Notes under the pieces: generated by a model
What the model was told of the DNA's origin: nothing
The model's input: only the letters and a program-made list of their open reading frames with translations
Database searches by the model: none
Part shown: in pieces, positions 38,935-51,657 of the stretch
Layout: every line of letters starts with the position of its first letter
Position numbering within the stretch: position 1 is the first letter of the stretch
NCBI GenBank assembly: GCA_964304625.1
Contig: OZ199839.1
Span: forward strand, 4,854,837 to 4,918,836
DNA length: 64,000 nt
Reading direction: 5' to 3'
From: Kudoa neothunni
Lineage: Eukaryota > Animalia > Cnidaria
Translations under genes and position numbers: made by a program

Positions 38935-41578
38935 TTAGTCTTTAATTTTATATCTAGAAATCATATAATGGAAAATATTTTTTCCCAATGTTAAATTTTT
39001 CGGGTCGAAGAGGTTAAATATCAAATCATTAAGAAATGAAGATTTAGTCCTATACGATTCCAGTCCTAAAGATGTTAAGCGTATAATCATTTTTTCTACT
39101 CCCCAAAACCTTATGCATATGAATAATGCCGAAGTTTGGATATCGGATGGAACGTTCAACGTGGTGCCAAGAGAATTCTCACAATTATACATTATTCATG
39201 GGAGGATATAGGACAAGGATTTTCCACTTATTTATGTATTAATGGCAAATAGAACAGAAGCCATGTATACCAAAGTTTTATCCATTCTCAAGGATAATAA
39301 AGTGAAGTTTCCCAAATTTTGGATAATAGACTTTAAGCTCAAAGTATTCAATGCTTATAAAAAAGCATCAAAAGAAACAAACATCCATCAAATTTTGCCC
39401 TTTCCATTTTGAACAATGTACTTGGAGATAAATACAAAAAGAAGGAATTACGAAACTATATGAAGAAAACGTTGATTTCAAAACATATATCAGATGTTTC
39501 CTATCTCTAGACTTCGTTTTAATAAAATTTGTTCGCCAGGAGTTTACCAAACTGAAAAATAACGGAAATAAGCTCGGTGATGTCAATTTGGCATCGTTTA
39601 TAACCTATTTCAAAAACAACTTCATAAATTATTCAAAATTCTCAACAGAAGGTTGGGGTTATAGTTCAGTTCCTCTTCCTTCGGCGCCCGCCGGTTGTCA
39701 GTCGTCGGTAATAATCGAGTTCCAGCTGCTTGCATTTTCCGGATTATGCTTCCTGCAATCGTCACTTACAAAAATTTAGATAACCTAAGTTTTGAAGACT
39801 TGCGTTACTTCAAGGATCATCCTGAAGATTTAATTATTTTTTTTCCAGCAACTTGACTTGTTACCAACATCAATGGTTTGTTCCTGTGGAGGTCAAATGA
39901 AACTTTCTCTGTATCAACTTTTAAAGATTTTATATTTTTGGAGTGTGGGAGCGATAGAACAATCTTTCTTAATGAAAGAATGCCGTATTAATTCTTCCGT
40001 CACTATTGTGGATTTAAAAAATTTTATACGTGACATTTGTTTGAGTCACTCCATTCGTAACCCAAACAAAGTTGGTGGCATTAGCGTAAAAGTCCAGTTA
40101 GACGAAAGTTAAATCTGTAAGAGGAAGTTTGGGGTTGGTAGAATCCTACAAAATCAAAGTCTATGGATAGTTGGTGGTGTGGATGAGGATGGAAGAGTCT
40201 TTATGGCGTAAACCAAAAAGAGAGACACTCCCACTCTTGAAAATATTATTATCACTCATGTTGAGAGGGGATCTATTATACATACAGATGGATGGCCTGC
40301 CTATAGCTCACTCGCTGAGCTTGGTTATGAATACAGTCATGAGACAGTAATTCATGATAGGGAGTTTGTCTCGTTAACAGGAGTCCACACCAATCGAATA
40401 AAAAAGGAAATGATCGCTTCCTATATCGCCGAATGGATATTTAAAAGACTCCACAGGAAGCGTGTTCTTTCTAATGTTTTAGATTCAATTAAACTTATTT
40501 ATATTGTGTATGTTTTGTTTTATTGTAAAAATTTATATAATTATGTCTTTTTCCAATCGTCAATGAATTTACATCTATAGTAAATTACGGTATTGTTAAG
40601 TTTATTTTAATTAGTGTTAAGTGTTAACATATTATCCTTTAGAATGATTATGAACATATTTATCAAATAATTTAAAAAATTTTATCAAATGGCAAAATCT
40701 TCCAACAATTAAGTTAAAAGACAGATTATTTTACATTAACATAGGCTCATTGGGATATAATTAAAAAAGAAACGGCATGATAAGTGATTTTTATTCATCT
40801 AAAAACTATTAAAGTTATATTAAGATACAAATCTTGTGAGTCGACATATTTCTTTATTTTATAAATTTTTGTAAAAAGGACATGTTGTAAAGTATGAAAA
40901 ATATTTGCTATTTACCTGGAAAATGTAATCATATTTTAGGCTTTGTAACGTTATATCTATCAACTGTTTAATTACGTCTAACTAAAGTAAACTAGATTTT
41001 ATTGGGTTTATATGTTATGAAACGTGACCCGATTATTACCGATGGTGCTCAACCGGCGGGCGCCGAGGGGGGAGGGACTGAACTTTAACCGAAAGTTGGA
41101 ATGCTATCGATCGTGTTATCGATGGAATAAACCATATTTCAAATTCAGCAGAAGCGTTTAACTGTCATTTTCATAATCGATTTGACCCGACCATGCCTAC
41201 TTGCAACACATTTATTGAAGTATTGAAAGAAGCTCAGAGTAATACTGAACAAGATATTCAATATCGCATGTGCAATCCAAATTTCATCTTATCTGAAAAA
41301 CATCATGTTCTGAAAATGGAAAAAATTAAGGACGTCTTAATTATGAGAAATATTACGATACGTATTATTTAGAGCTATTTCCTGTATGTATAATTGGAAG
41401 CTACGCGAGAATTATATTTTATAATTAAATTAACTTTCATCTACAAATATGCTTTTCAGTTTGCTTTATATATTCGTGCATTTATAATTGAACGCCAATT
41501 TTGCGTGCGCAGTCGGCGAAATTATAAAGAGTGAAAATAAACATTTGATTCTGTGAAGTTAGCGCTATTTTTAAAATG
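38935..41578 (+). mobile_element. MULE/Mutator transposase remnant, split by a Merlin insertion
   Basis: WISDGTFNVVPREFSQLYIIHG, FPLIYVLM, CPFHF; SNSAEAFN resumes after 41099. The sequence near 41540-41580 recurs near 32745-32790. Confidence 0.8.
39657..41090 (+). mobile_element. Merlin transposon, decayed
   Basis: TIRs GGTTATAGTTCAGTTCC...CGGCGCCCGCCGGTTG and CAACCGGCGGGCGCCG...ACTGAACTTTAACC; 9-bp target duplication GAAGGTTGG/GAAAGTTGG; VQLDES, TDGWPAY, HTNRI. Confidence 0.92.
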
Positions 41579-41586
41579 CACTAGAG

Positions 41587-42266
41587 CAGTGTTTCCCAAC
41601 CTTTTTATCTATCGGGCCGCGCCCTCACTTTTTCCTGAAAAAAAATTCCGCGCCCCATTCTTTCCAATATATTGATTTTTTTACTCAAACTGTTGATAAT
41701 TTGGAATAAAGCTTCCTATCACATTAAAATTTAAAAGAAATTAATATGTATATTTCTTTTCTCATTAAAATTAAAATGTGTTCGACCAGTTCTAACTTAA
41801 TTTATCGATGGACCTTAAAAATTAACATCTTTAGTTCTTCATTCCGTCAAAAACAGTGTCAAATGAAACTCGTGGTAATCCAACCTTCGTTAGGAAAAAG
41901 TGCCGTATGTACGGGACTAATAAACAGAAAATAAATAATATGGATACAAAATTAATCAATGTTATATTAGGTTTAATGCAAAAAAAGGCATATACGATTC
42001 TAAATGAGACAAGATTTAGATTCAAACCATTCTTATTCTATTTGGGTGATAGACACGCTAAATATTATTATTAATTTTTTTATAATTAGTCATTGCTTTT
42101 TGTATTTTTTATGATAGTCGTCACTTTAAATAAGCGATATCGAAAATCGCAAAATTGACCTCAAAGTACGACCTTACTACTCAATTATTTCACCATTTTC
42201 CGCGTCTCACGAGAGCGGTTCATTAAACGTTCAAAAATTTCCATGCCCCACCAGTGGAAAACACTG
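41587..42266. mobile_element. hAT non-autonomous element
   Basis: CAGTGTTTCCCA...TGGAAAACACTG ends; perfect 8-bp target duplication CACTAGAG. Confidence 0.92.
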
Positions 42267-42639
42267 CACTAGAGGAACATATCACGGGTTAGTTTAATAT
42301 TAAAGTTAACCATCTGTGAGCCTTCATACTAGCTTTCAACATCGGAATTATATTCTATTATTCGAAGCTTGGAGAAATTCTAAACTTTTAGAGGTTTAAA
42401 AATTCACAACGCTCAATCTTTAAAACTTTAATCACACTATATGCAAATAACAGGATGCAGCACTTATTATTTATTCCATCTTGATTATGACGCGCGTAAA
42501 ATAATTTTTTGATGTCATAATTTTAATATAGGGCCAATGGAAAAAATCGCCCCATAAAGAAAAGTTCACTTTATCTGAAATATATTTAGTGAAGATCTAA
42601 AAATATGTCATATGACAGAGTTTTATTTGACGGAAGGAG

Positions 42640-43780
42640 TTAATCAACAATTTTTAAGAGACGTTGGATGTAGCTAGGAATATCGCTGATCATATCTGTG
42701 GCGGACATACTAATGCCAAGAGTGTTATATGTGTCGGCGGCTAGGTACTTCACAAAGTTTGTTGCAACTATGCTCGCATTTAGCACTGAACTCTCTGGTG
42801 GACCTGCATCGTGAGACCAGAATAGACACACTGACAGACACCCGGCAAGTATATCCCCTTGACCACCACAGCGTTTAGGGCATTGTGTTTCAACAGCAGT
42901 AAGATCATAGACTGTGTAAATATTTTAACAGAATGAAACAAAACATAATAGACTACCTTCATGGCCATTAGAAAAAAAATCATGGTCACCTTTCACTACG
43001 ACATTGCATTTGATAAGATTAGCCAATTTTTTGATGGAATCCGAGTCCACTTCTTTTAATTCAAAATATTCCAACAACCTGAGACATTCTATTTTGTTTG
43101 GGGTTAAAACCACATTCGAATGAATGTCAGAATTTTTGCTAATGAGGATGCTCATCAATGATTGTTCTTTCACGAGCATCCACAAAATATCCGCATCAAG
43201 AACAAGATGTTTCTCGCATTTTAAACAGTTGACAATGATTCTCTTTAAGTTTCAGTCAGATCTGAATAAACTACTTCAAATTACATAAAGTAGCATTGCG
43301 TCGACCCCTTCTCGACCAAGACCAGGTCCAATAACTATCGAATGACACTTATCCACTATTGCAATAACTTTAGCAAAGTGTTCATCGCAATGTCTATTTT
43401 TTGATTTAGCTCCTTCATAACGAGTAAAATTTACAGATAAGGACAAACCATCAATTCGGGGCTATACGACTTTATGACAGTAGCAGCACTGGGAGGACAA
43501 ATCACATAAGCCAAATCAGCACCCTTATATCCACCGCGTAAAAAACATAAATTGTTGAACCAAAATACCAGCTTTAGTGAACTAATAGCCGAAAAGTATA
43601 CTGCGCCCGTGTATCTAAAAATTATTAGGCCTATTCTTGAATGATAATAATTTACAAGTCACTCCCGCCTATCACACACATCTTTCCAAGACAGCCTTTG
43701 TAATGTTCAAACGATGCTTGTGGGTATATATGTTTAAATATTTTCCCAAACTGTTTGAATGACAGTGTCGACGATGCCAT
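42640..43780 (-). CDS. NAXD: ATP-dependent NAD(P)HX dehydratase (carbohydrate kinase family), multi-exon
   Basis: [60 protein letters not shown]. Confidence 0.92.
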
Positions 43781-45890
43781 TTTTAACTTATCAACACTTT
43801 GCGTACGCGTGTTTTTGGCTTTATATTCTTGTTTAGATGAAGAAAGATTAAAGTCTCCCACGTCTTATTTGAGGTGATAATATTGTGATTGTAAGAATTT
43901 CGCTATTACATGCAACACACCGCTTTTTTTATTGTAATAATTAAATATATAATTAATAATAATGGTGAAGGTACAACGATGTTTTCAAGTCCCTACTTGA
44001 TTATTATTATTATTATTGATTAATATTGTTAGGTAGTTAAGAGTAACACATTAGTACCGTCACTAGTCCATCGGTTTTTCAGCTGGGCTATTAACTATTC
44101 GCTCACCTTTTATATGGAAAAATTATTCATCAAACCTCTATTTTAACATTTAAATATTGTGGAGACAAAATCCCATAATAAACATCAAATCAATATATTC
44201 ACCACATAAAACTAAAAATTGGGGACACTATATTTAGTTTTGTCTAGGTTATAATAAATAAAAAACATCAAAAAACCAACTCTGGAGATGCACTGTAAGA
44301 ACCAGTAAAGGGCGAGTAAAAACAAATAAGATAGTCTCTATTTGCACCAGGGCGTCCACTGCTTGGGTTATTGGTTTTTTTCATTTTTCTTTAAAATCTT
44401 GGGTTTTAATTAAAAACTTGTAAACATCGAATAATAACACAAATTTTATTATGTGCGACATTAATATTTATATTTATAATAACGTATCCTACTCAGATTA
44501 TATCTGCAGGGTTTAAACATACACGATATTGAACGACAGCACAATTGTTCAATTAACATTGTCGCACATTATTAGAAAATTTAGCGTTATTTCAAAATAT
44601 ATCTTGAACTATGAATTAATTAATTCATTGTGAGAATATTGATCTATACTAGACATTAAGTTTGAATGAGTGTTCGCGCCAATAAATTGCAATAATACGA
44701 CGATCAATTTAAATTTAATATCTGTAGACGTATTTGAAGGCTCAGAAGATGATTAAAAATTTTAATAGATATGATTCTATTTTTTATTATACTTTAGACT
44801 GGCGTTTTTGTCGACCTTGGGTTTTTTCTAAAATCCCGCTGGCAGCCCTGATTTGCACTCCCTCGGTGCATGTGCGGCTGATTAGAGCATTACCTTTATA
44901 TGTACTTTTACTCTCATGTTAGTCATTTCAAATTAATAATAATAGCTGCGAACGTCAAATAACATTTTTTTAATTGACTTTTAAAAGCGTACGTCAATTA
45001 TTTGCTATCGTAATAATTATAGTCATATTTACTCCATAAAACAAGTTTATGCCAACTTTCATGTATTATAAATAAAAAAATGATAAAACAATAAATAAAA
45101 GAAAAACTTATGTGAATATATCTTTGTGCCGTTTATTAGTTTTGCGCGTAATGAGTTCAGAAGGCCACGATTTATTCAACAAACGATTCTGTTCATCTGA
45201 TAATTTAAAAAACCTAATAAAAGCTATCAAAAAATTAATATACTCTGAAAGTGTCGACTTATTTTACTTCATTTTGAATGAAACATATTCGACCAATCCA
45301 ATGTATTTCAATATTTGGAAAAAAACTAGATTAATATTCAAAATATTTGAGCTTCATTTTCATCGTCTCGATACTCTGACATTTGGTTAAAATAAAGATA
45401 ACATGATTGGACAAGAGCATGACAAGATAAAAAATTTATGTCAAAGTCATCGTTAATACATTAAGTCAATTCCATACTCAATTACTGTAAGACCATCCAT
45501 GGTGATGACTTATAAAAAAATGATCTGATTCTTGTGAAGAACAAAATTGATGATGATTATATTTTGGCAATAATAAGTCGTTTGTACAGTTTTTCTGCTG
45601 ATAAAATCAAATTAAAGACTCAAAATCTGAGATCATTATCAATTTTGAATTTAATCCTTTCGTGCTTGAATTTTTATTTATCCTTAAAAACAATTTTTTT
45701 AATACGATATACTCTGCTAATACTAAATAAATAAAAATTTGGAACGAAAAATTTTGTGGGGCTAATATTTTTAAGTTGTAAGTTTTGTTCAGTAAACTGA
45801 ACAATGGGATTTTGTGGTAAAGAAGATGCGCAAAAAAGAAATCGAATTATTATAACAGTAACAGATAGAGTTATCAATAAAGCAATAATT

Positions 45891-48027
45891 TTAAGTATTA
45901 TGGTACACATAAAAACAGATTCTACCTCTTACAAGACAACAAAGAGCGCCACATTTTAAGCAAATTATTTGAGTGTTTCTTCCATAACTTCTGCATTTAC
46001 CTTGCGTAGATACTACCTCTGGAAAATGGCCTACATTATCATATCTAATATAATCTGGTAAAAGAGTATTTCTCTTGCGTTTCGATATAGTAGATTCCAT
46101 TATGTTTTGTGAATTAGAATCATTAACCGGACGACCACGTTTTCGAGTCTGTATTAATGTTTGGTTTTTATACAATAATGATTCACAGATTGAATATGTG
46201 AACGAAAGAAAATCGAGAACTTTACTCTTGTTTACATTATTCATGGAATTTTGCCTCCGATACAATAACCACGAATTAGTGATCGCGGTGTTGATGCCCC
46301 AAAAAAATATCCGCATGTAAAATTTTTTGCATTTATGGTTTAACCTATATAATGACATTAGCATATCGGACAAATCAACACCACCCATGTTTTTGTTATA
46401 TTCCGATACAACAGCTGGATACTCGACTTTAACGGGTTTTTTGTCGCCTATCGTATCTATTTACAGTTGTTAGAGGTTCACTGCCAGAATGAGTGGATGA
46501 TAAAGTCACAACGGAGCTACCATACCATCGAGTTAATACTAATGCATCATTAGAGCTTCGAACAACATCAAATGAGTCACGTCCTGTTTTCATTAAATCT
46601 TTTTTACCGAGTAAAGGACACACTTTAATTCTATTATTTCTAATAATCCCCACCAAATATATCCCCCCTTTTCAATATAAGTAGCATCCGGAATGATGTG
46701 AACCAGTTGTCGAAATACGATAGATACATCCTATTGTTTGGAAGTTGTTCACATAATTTTATTACAAAATCTCCGGAAACCAAACCACAGCTTTCTTGTA
46801 CAACGGACGATTTTCCATCATAAAAATTGAAATCATGCATTATTCCACATCTAGCAAAAACTTTGAAGCCCCATTTGGTCGGTTTATTTGATATATACTG
46901 TTTCGCCCGGCACTTACCCTTAAAGGGAATCATTTGTTCGTCGACTGAATTTATGCTCTCTGGAGTGAATTTTAAAAATGCTTGCTTCAAGTGCTCCAAA
47001 AAAGGTCTAATTTTGACAAACCGATCAAACGTTTGGGAAGACTGATCGTTAGTTGCATTGTCATTATTATTAAAATTTTGAAAGTTGATCAAATCTGTCT
47101 CTGGAAAGGACATCCGAAATAGGTGAATAATTCAAATGGTTGGACCAATAGCGTTGATGACGAGGCATCCGTACAATCCCCATCAAAATTATGACTCCCA
47201 AATAAGTTTTAATTTCTAAACCATTTGTCTTAAAATTCGAATTATTTTGTGTGGCGTATAGATTTGATTCGTTTACAATTAATTCAATCAAATCATCGTC
47301 AACAAATTGGTTGAAATAATCGATGGGGTGAATTAAATGATCTAACTTTTCAAATTCGCCGTTTAAGTTGTACAATTCCTCTGGTAAATTTGAACTTACA
47401 TCTTGTTTCTTCAATTGAAGGCCAGTGTCAATTTCAGCTTCAGAATCATCGGATGGTGAACATTCTTTTGCATCCGAAAATTTGTTAAATATTGATGATG
47501 TAAATGTTGTATCGTCTTCAGAATATGTATCCGGTTCGGATATGTCGACATCAGGTAGCACTATAATTTCCGAAGTTCTTTTTCCAGTTTTATCCTCATC
47601 GTTACAAATGTCGCAATCCATTGCAATTGTCCAAAAATAGGTTCACGTGTTCCTGTTGTTCAGTCTACTGACAAGACTTAAAATTGTATCATTTCAGATA
47701 ATAATAAGTTTCTTAAAATTTAAAGAGTCAAGTTTAATTAACAACAACATATTGTAACGGTAAAAATTTTGGTTCCAAAAAATAATATAATTCGGTATAC
47801 AAATTAATAAATTCCTCTTAGGACGAACGTGATATGGAGAATTTAACATTGTTAATGAAATTTATTATATACATAAAATTTCTTAAAAAATGTAATATTA
47901 ACGATTTTTATACATTTAATTGAGTTAAAATTATGTGTTTGTAACGAATGCGAAACAATAATTAAATGTTCATTTTAAACGAAGGAGAAGTTAATGTTCA
48001 GTATACCGCACAATGGGCATAAAAGAG
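45891..48027 (-). mobile_element. piggyBac (PGBD2/3-like) element with frameshifted transposase 47621-45891
   Basis: SVDEQMIPFKG, KPTKWGFK, YFDNWFTS, YNKNMGGVDLSD and Cys tail; one end ...GGGCATAAAAGAG-TTAA at 48027; other end not found. Confidence 0.88.
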
Positions 48028-50432
48028 TTAAAAATGGTTTGTGTTGCATCAATTTTTCTTCAGTCTATTTATTTTAAATTATCTCATTTATTTCAGATTT
48101 TATTCTTTATTACTATAAAAAAGTAATATTTATCAAAAATATTGTTTAACAAATTTATTTAAATGAAAATTATTCAACAACACACGAGAGAAATTGAAAA
48201 AATAACGTCAAACTAGATTTCTCATCTGTATCTACGAAAAGAAATGCGCCAGATTAACTTCAATATTTTAACGTCCTAGTATATTAAGCCATATTTGTTT
48301 CTTGCATCTCCAATTGGGAAACCCTGTCTAATATGTAATATGAGCTTTTAAGACAAGCAATTTTTACTACTATAGGATCGATTCGTAACTTTTTGAGATA
48401 GTATTTTTTAAAATCGGTTACAGCTGATTATTTCTGGCTTCTCTGAGTTAAATTCCATTTCAAAAATTATTAACTAAAATTTAAAATACGTAAAGAGCTT
48501 ATATTTTTCGAGTCAATGGATATTTATAAACTCGATAAAACAATATAAACAAAAATATTAGTGATATAAAAGACTTTATCGTGCTTGGTAAAAAATATTT
48601 AACTTTTATTAGTTATCTCTATGTTACCCTCATTATAGGTTGCCATTAAAATGCCAAGTTTCCAATGAATTTCTATCTGATTTGATCAAACTAATGTCTA
48701 AGATCAGTTATCAGCATGTGAATTCCATTATTAGCTAAAGTATACCTTTCTTAGTGAATACAACAAAAATTTCTTAATTAGATAACTTCTCATACGCAAA
48801 CAAAACATTAAGAGGAAAACCAGTTATCGATTTATGCAAATCGAGTAATTTGGACTGCCAAATAATTAATACCAACTTTTATTAATAGGTCTTTGAATAA
48901 TCGGCTCAGTTAAACTGAAAATTTAAAAAGATTTTTTAATATCGTGTCTATATGAGCATAAAATTTACTCCTAATTCTTGATTAAAAATGGGTATAAACT
49001 TTTTTCCACCTTTTCCTCGGTCCAAACAAGGACTGTAAATGATAAATTTTGTTGAACACGTACAGCCATGATAAGCAGCATTTATTAACGGCGTAAATTA
49101 TGAACACAATGTCGATATAAAATTTTCAATATTTAAAATGTTTCAAGGTCGGACTCATAATCAGAGACAACAGATTTGTTCCCATTCTTCTTGAATTAAA
49201 TTATTTATTTGATTGTAACATAAACTAAAACTTTGAATTATTTTTACGTAGATAATTTCGCGCATTATTCTCGAATAAACACAATAATTAAAAACAGACG
49301 TAAAAATTCAGGCGCGCGCGCAGCTTTGGGATATGTTAAACAACACTTGCCATATAATTAGAAGCCGTAATTTTCGTTTAAAATCTATAAACGCCGAAAA
49401 GCGTCGAATTTTATAATATATTTGTACATTTTCGGCTACAATCGAGATAATTCGTCGATTATTTTTCGTTTTATTATGGACAGAAAAAGCAGACGAATCG
49501 ACAATTATATGTCCGAATAAATAGTTTCAAAGGAGGAAATTGATCTAAAAAATATATCAAATTTGGTAACGTCGATCAACGAGAAATTCCACAGCAAGAA
49601 TAATTGAAACTCTCACTCCATAGAAATGATAAAATGATAGGTGCTGGATTTTAGTGAATGAACAAATCGAAATATTTCATATTGTCTAGGGTGGGTCAGG
49701 ATTCTGTGCATACATCGCTATCACCTACAACCTTGGAAAGAAGTTTCTCAAAATGAAAGCGTTTTCTCATAAGTTATACAGTGAATCTAGTGTTTGAACA
49801 AATGAGAATGCTTTAAATATTGTATTCTAAGGGAAAATTTTGTAAAAAATTATATTGATGTTTATTTCATTGGCATTTAGCTCGATAATAAAGTTTTATG
49901 TCGCGCCTGCGCTAAGTTTTAAAATAAACGTCCAATTTTTTAAAAATCGTCGTCGAGAATTACGGTCTCTACATATATTATACTATTATACGATGACATC
50001 TAGATCGATAAGCATCTTTTTACCAATTATCAACGACACCAAACATTAAATTGATGTTGGTATTGAGCGAACGTAACTAAAACACAATTTAACTTATTTT
50101 ATATGTAAAAACGTTCGATAATTTTACATAAGAAGCTTATAAATAACTAATAGAATAATTCACGTAGTAACCTACATGGAATTTCGAAATAATGCTCATT
50201 TACCTATTATGGAATCATTTTTCCAAAATAAAATTAACGTGATATAATAAATTAAGAATCTCCATTTATAGATTTTTTAAAGTCCTCAAAAGTCTTTAAG
50301 GTTTTACACAGTAGCGTTCTACAACCACCTTAAGTTGATTGTGGGATGCGCAAAGATAACTAGGCGCAGCTATGTTAGAATGCGCAATGTTGTTTTCGGC
50401 AATCCACGCGTGCATCTTCGGAAAATATACAC

Positions 50433-51038
50433 ATGCAAGTCTTTGTTAGAACACCCAGCGATGAAATTATTACCTTTGAGGTTTTTAAGTTTATTGTCTT
50501 ACTTATTTAGAAGAATATTTAATTTAGGTAGATCCTCTAAGCTCATGCTTTTCGTTGAGGGATCAAATCCTAGAACAACTGGGTATGTTGATCAATTTTT
50601 GTTTAGATGGCTAGATTTTAGTTTGTAATAATATGAAAAATTAGGATTGGATGTTGATTCTTGCTCCATATATTGTAATGGTAAATATCTTAACGAAGAT
50701 ATTTCAGCTGAGGAATTTGGTCTACAACAACAATCCATCATTAGATGTGATCCAATTCTTGCTGGAGGTGCTAAAAAGAGAAAGAAGAAGGTTTATACCA
50801 CACCAAAACGAATCAAACACAAAAGAGTAAAGGTAATCGAGTTTTTGTTCTCGTGACGTCGCTATCGCCGTTATTATAGACAAAATTAGCAGTTCTCAAA
50901 CGTTATACCGTCCAGAAGGATGGATCAGTTGTTGGTAAACTCAAGGTTTGCAGCGATTGTGGACCTGGAGTTTTTATGGCCAACCACAAAAATCGAACCT
51001 ACTGCGGACACTGCCACACTACTGAAATGCGCAGTTAG
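50433..51038 (+). CDS. RPS27A: Ubiquitin-like domain fused to 40S ribosomal protein eS31/S27a, 4 exons
   Basis: Exons 50433-50480, 50528-50582, 50645-50832, 50880-51038 give ...LAGG-AKKRKKKVYTTPKRIKHKRVK...CSDCGPGVFMANHKNRTYCGHC. Confidence 0.95.
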
Positions 51039-51657
51039 ATACAGCAACCAGTGAACTTGCTACATCGAAGTGTTTCAACGATTTAGTTTATTGTATCAAG
51101 TACTGTGGTGATAGAAAATGTGGATTTTTGCGCAACGGAGTTTATTATTGTGCAGTTTTTTGAGAGTTGGTCAAACTGAGATTTATTTTATTACAGGATG
51201 GGACATTGTTACTCTGTCATTTTGAATCTTAAACAGTGTAGATTGTGCGATTGTAAAAAGAGTGATTTTCCCAATCGTTTAATCCTTTATTTTGGCTTTA
51301 AATTTTGTTAATATGAATATATATTAATTTTCCTCCGAAAAATACGACCTTCACGTTGAGTCTTAATAATGGCGATAACAAACGTCTTGGTTTCTAAATA
51401 TATAGTGCCATGGAGTTTTTGACATATATTAGATCGATCGTCATAATCACTATTGGAAATCTGTATGTTGTTTATTGTTAAAACTGGCAACTTATTGACA
51501 ACTTAATGCGAAATCACAATTTTTTCTGCTAGTAGGTGACTTGTTTTTTAAAATTTAGTTGGCCTAAGTCAGTGATTCCCGACGTGTGGAGCACGCCTCC
51601 CGCCGGTGGGCGTGGTAAAATTTTGGTGGGCATAGAAATTTTTGAACGTTCAATTAA

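Noticed and set aside
44850-44900. TTGCACTCC, resembling U1 loop II
   Set aside because: No U1 5' end or Sm site nearby.
48400-49100. Coding-like stretch on the minus strand
   Set aside because: No open frame or motif I could recognise.
51105-51182. Possible C/D snoRNA downstream of RPS27A
   Set aside because: C box imperfect, no terminal stem, no recognised guide.
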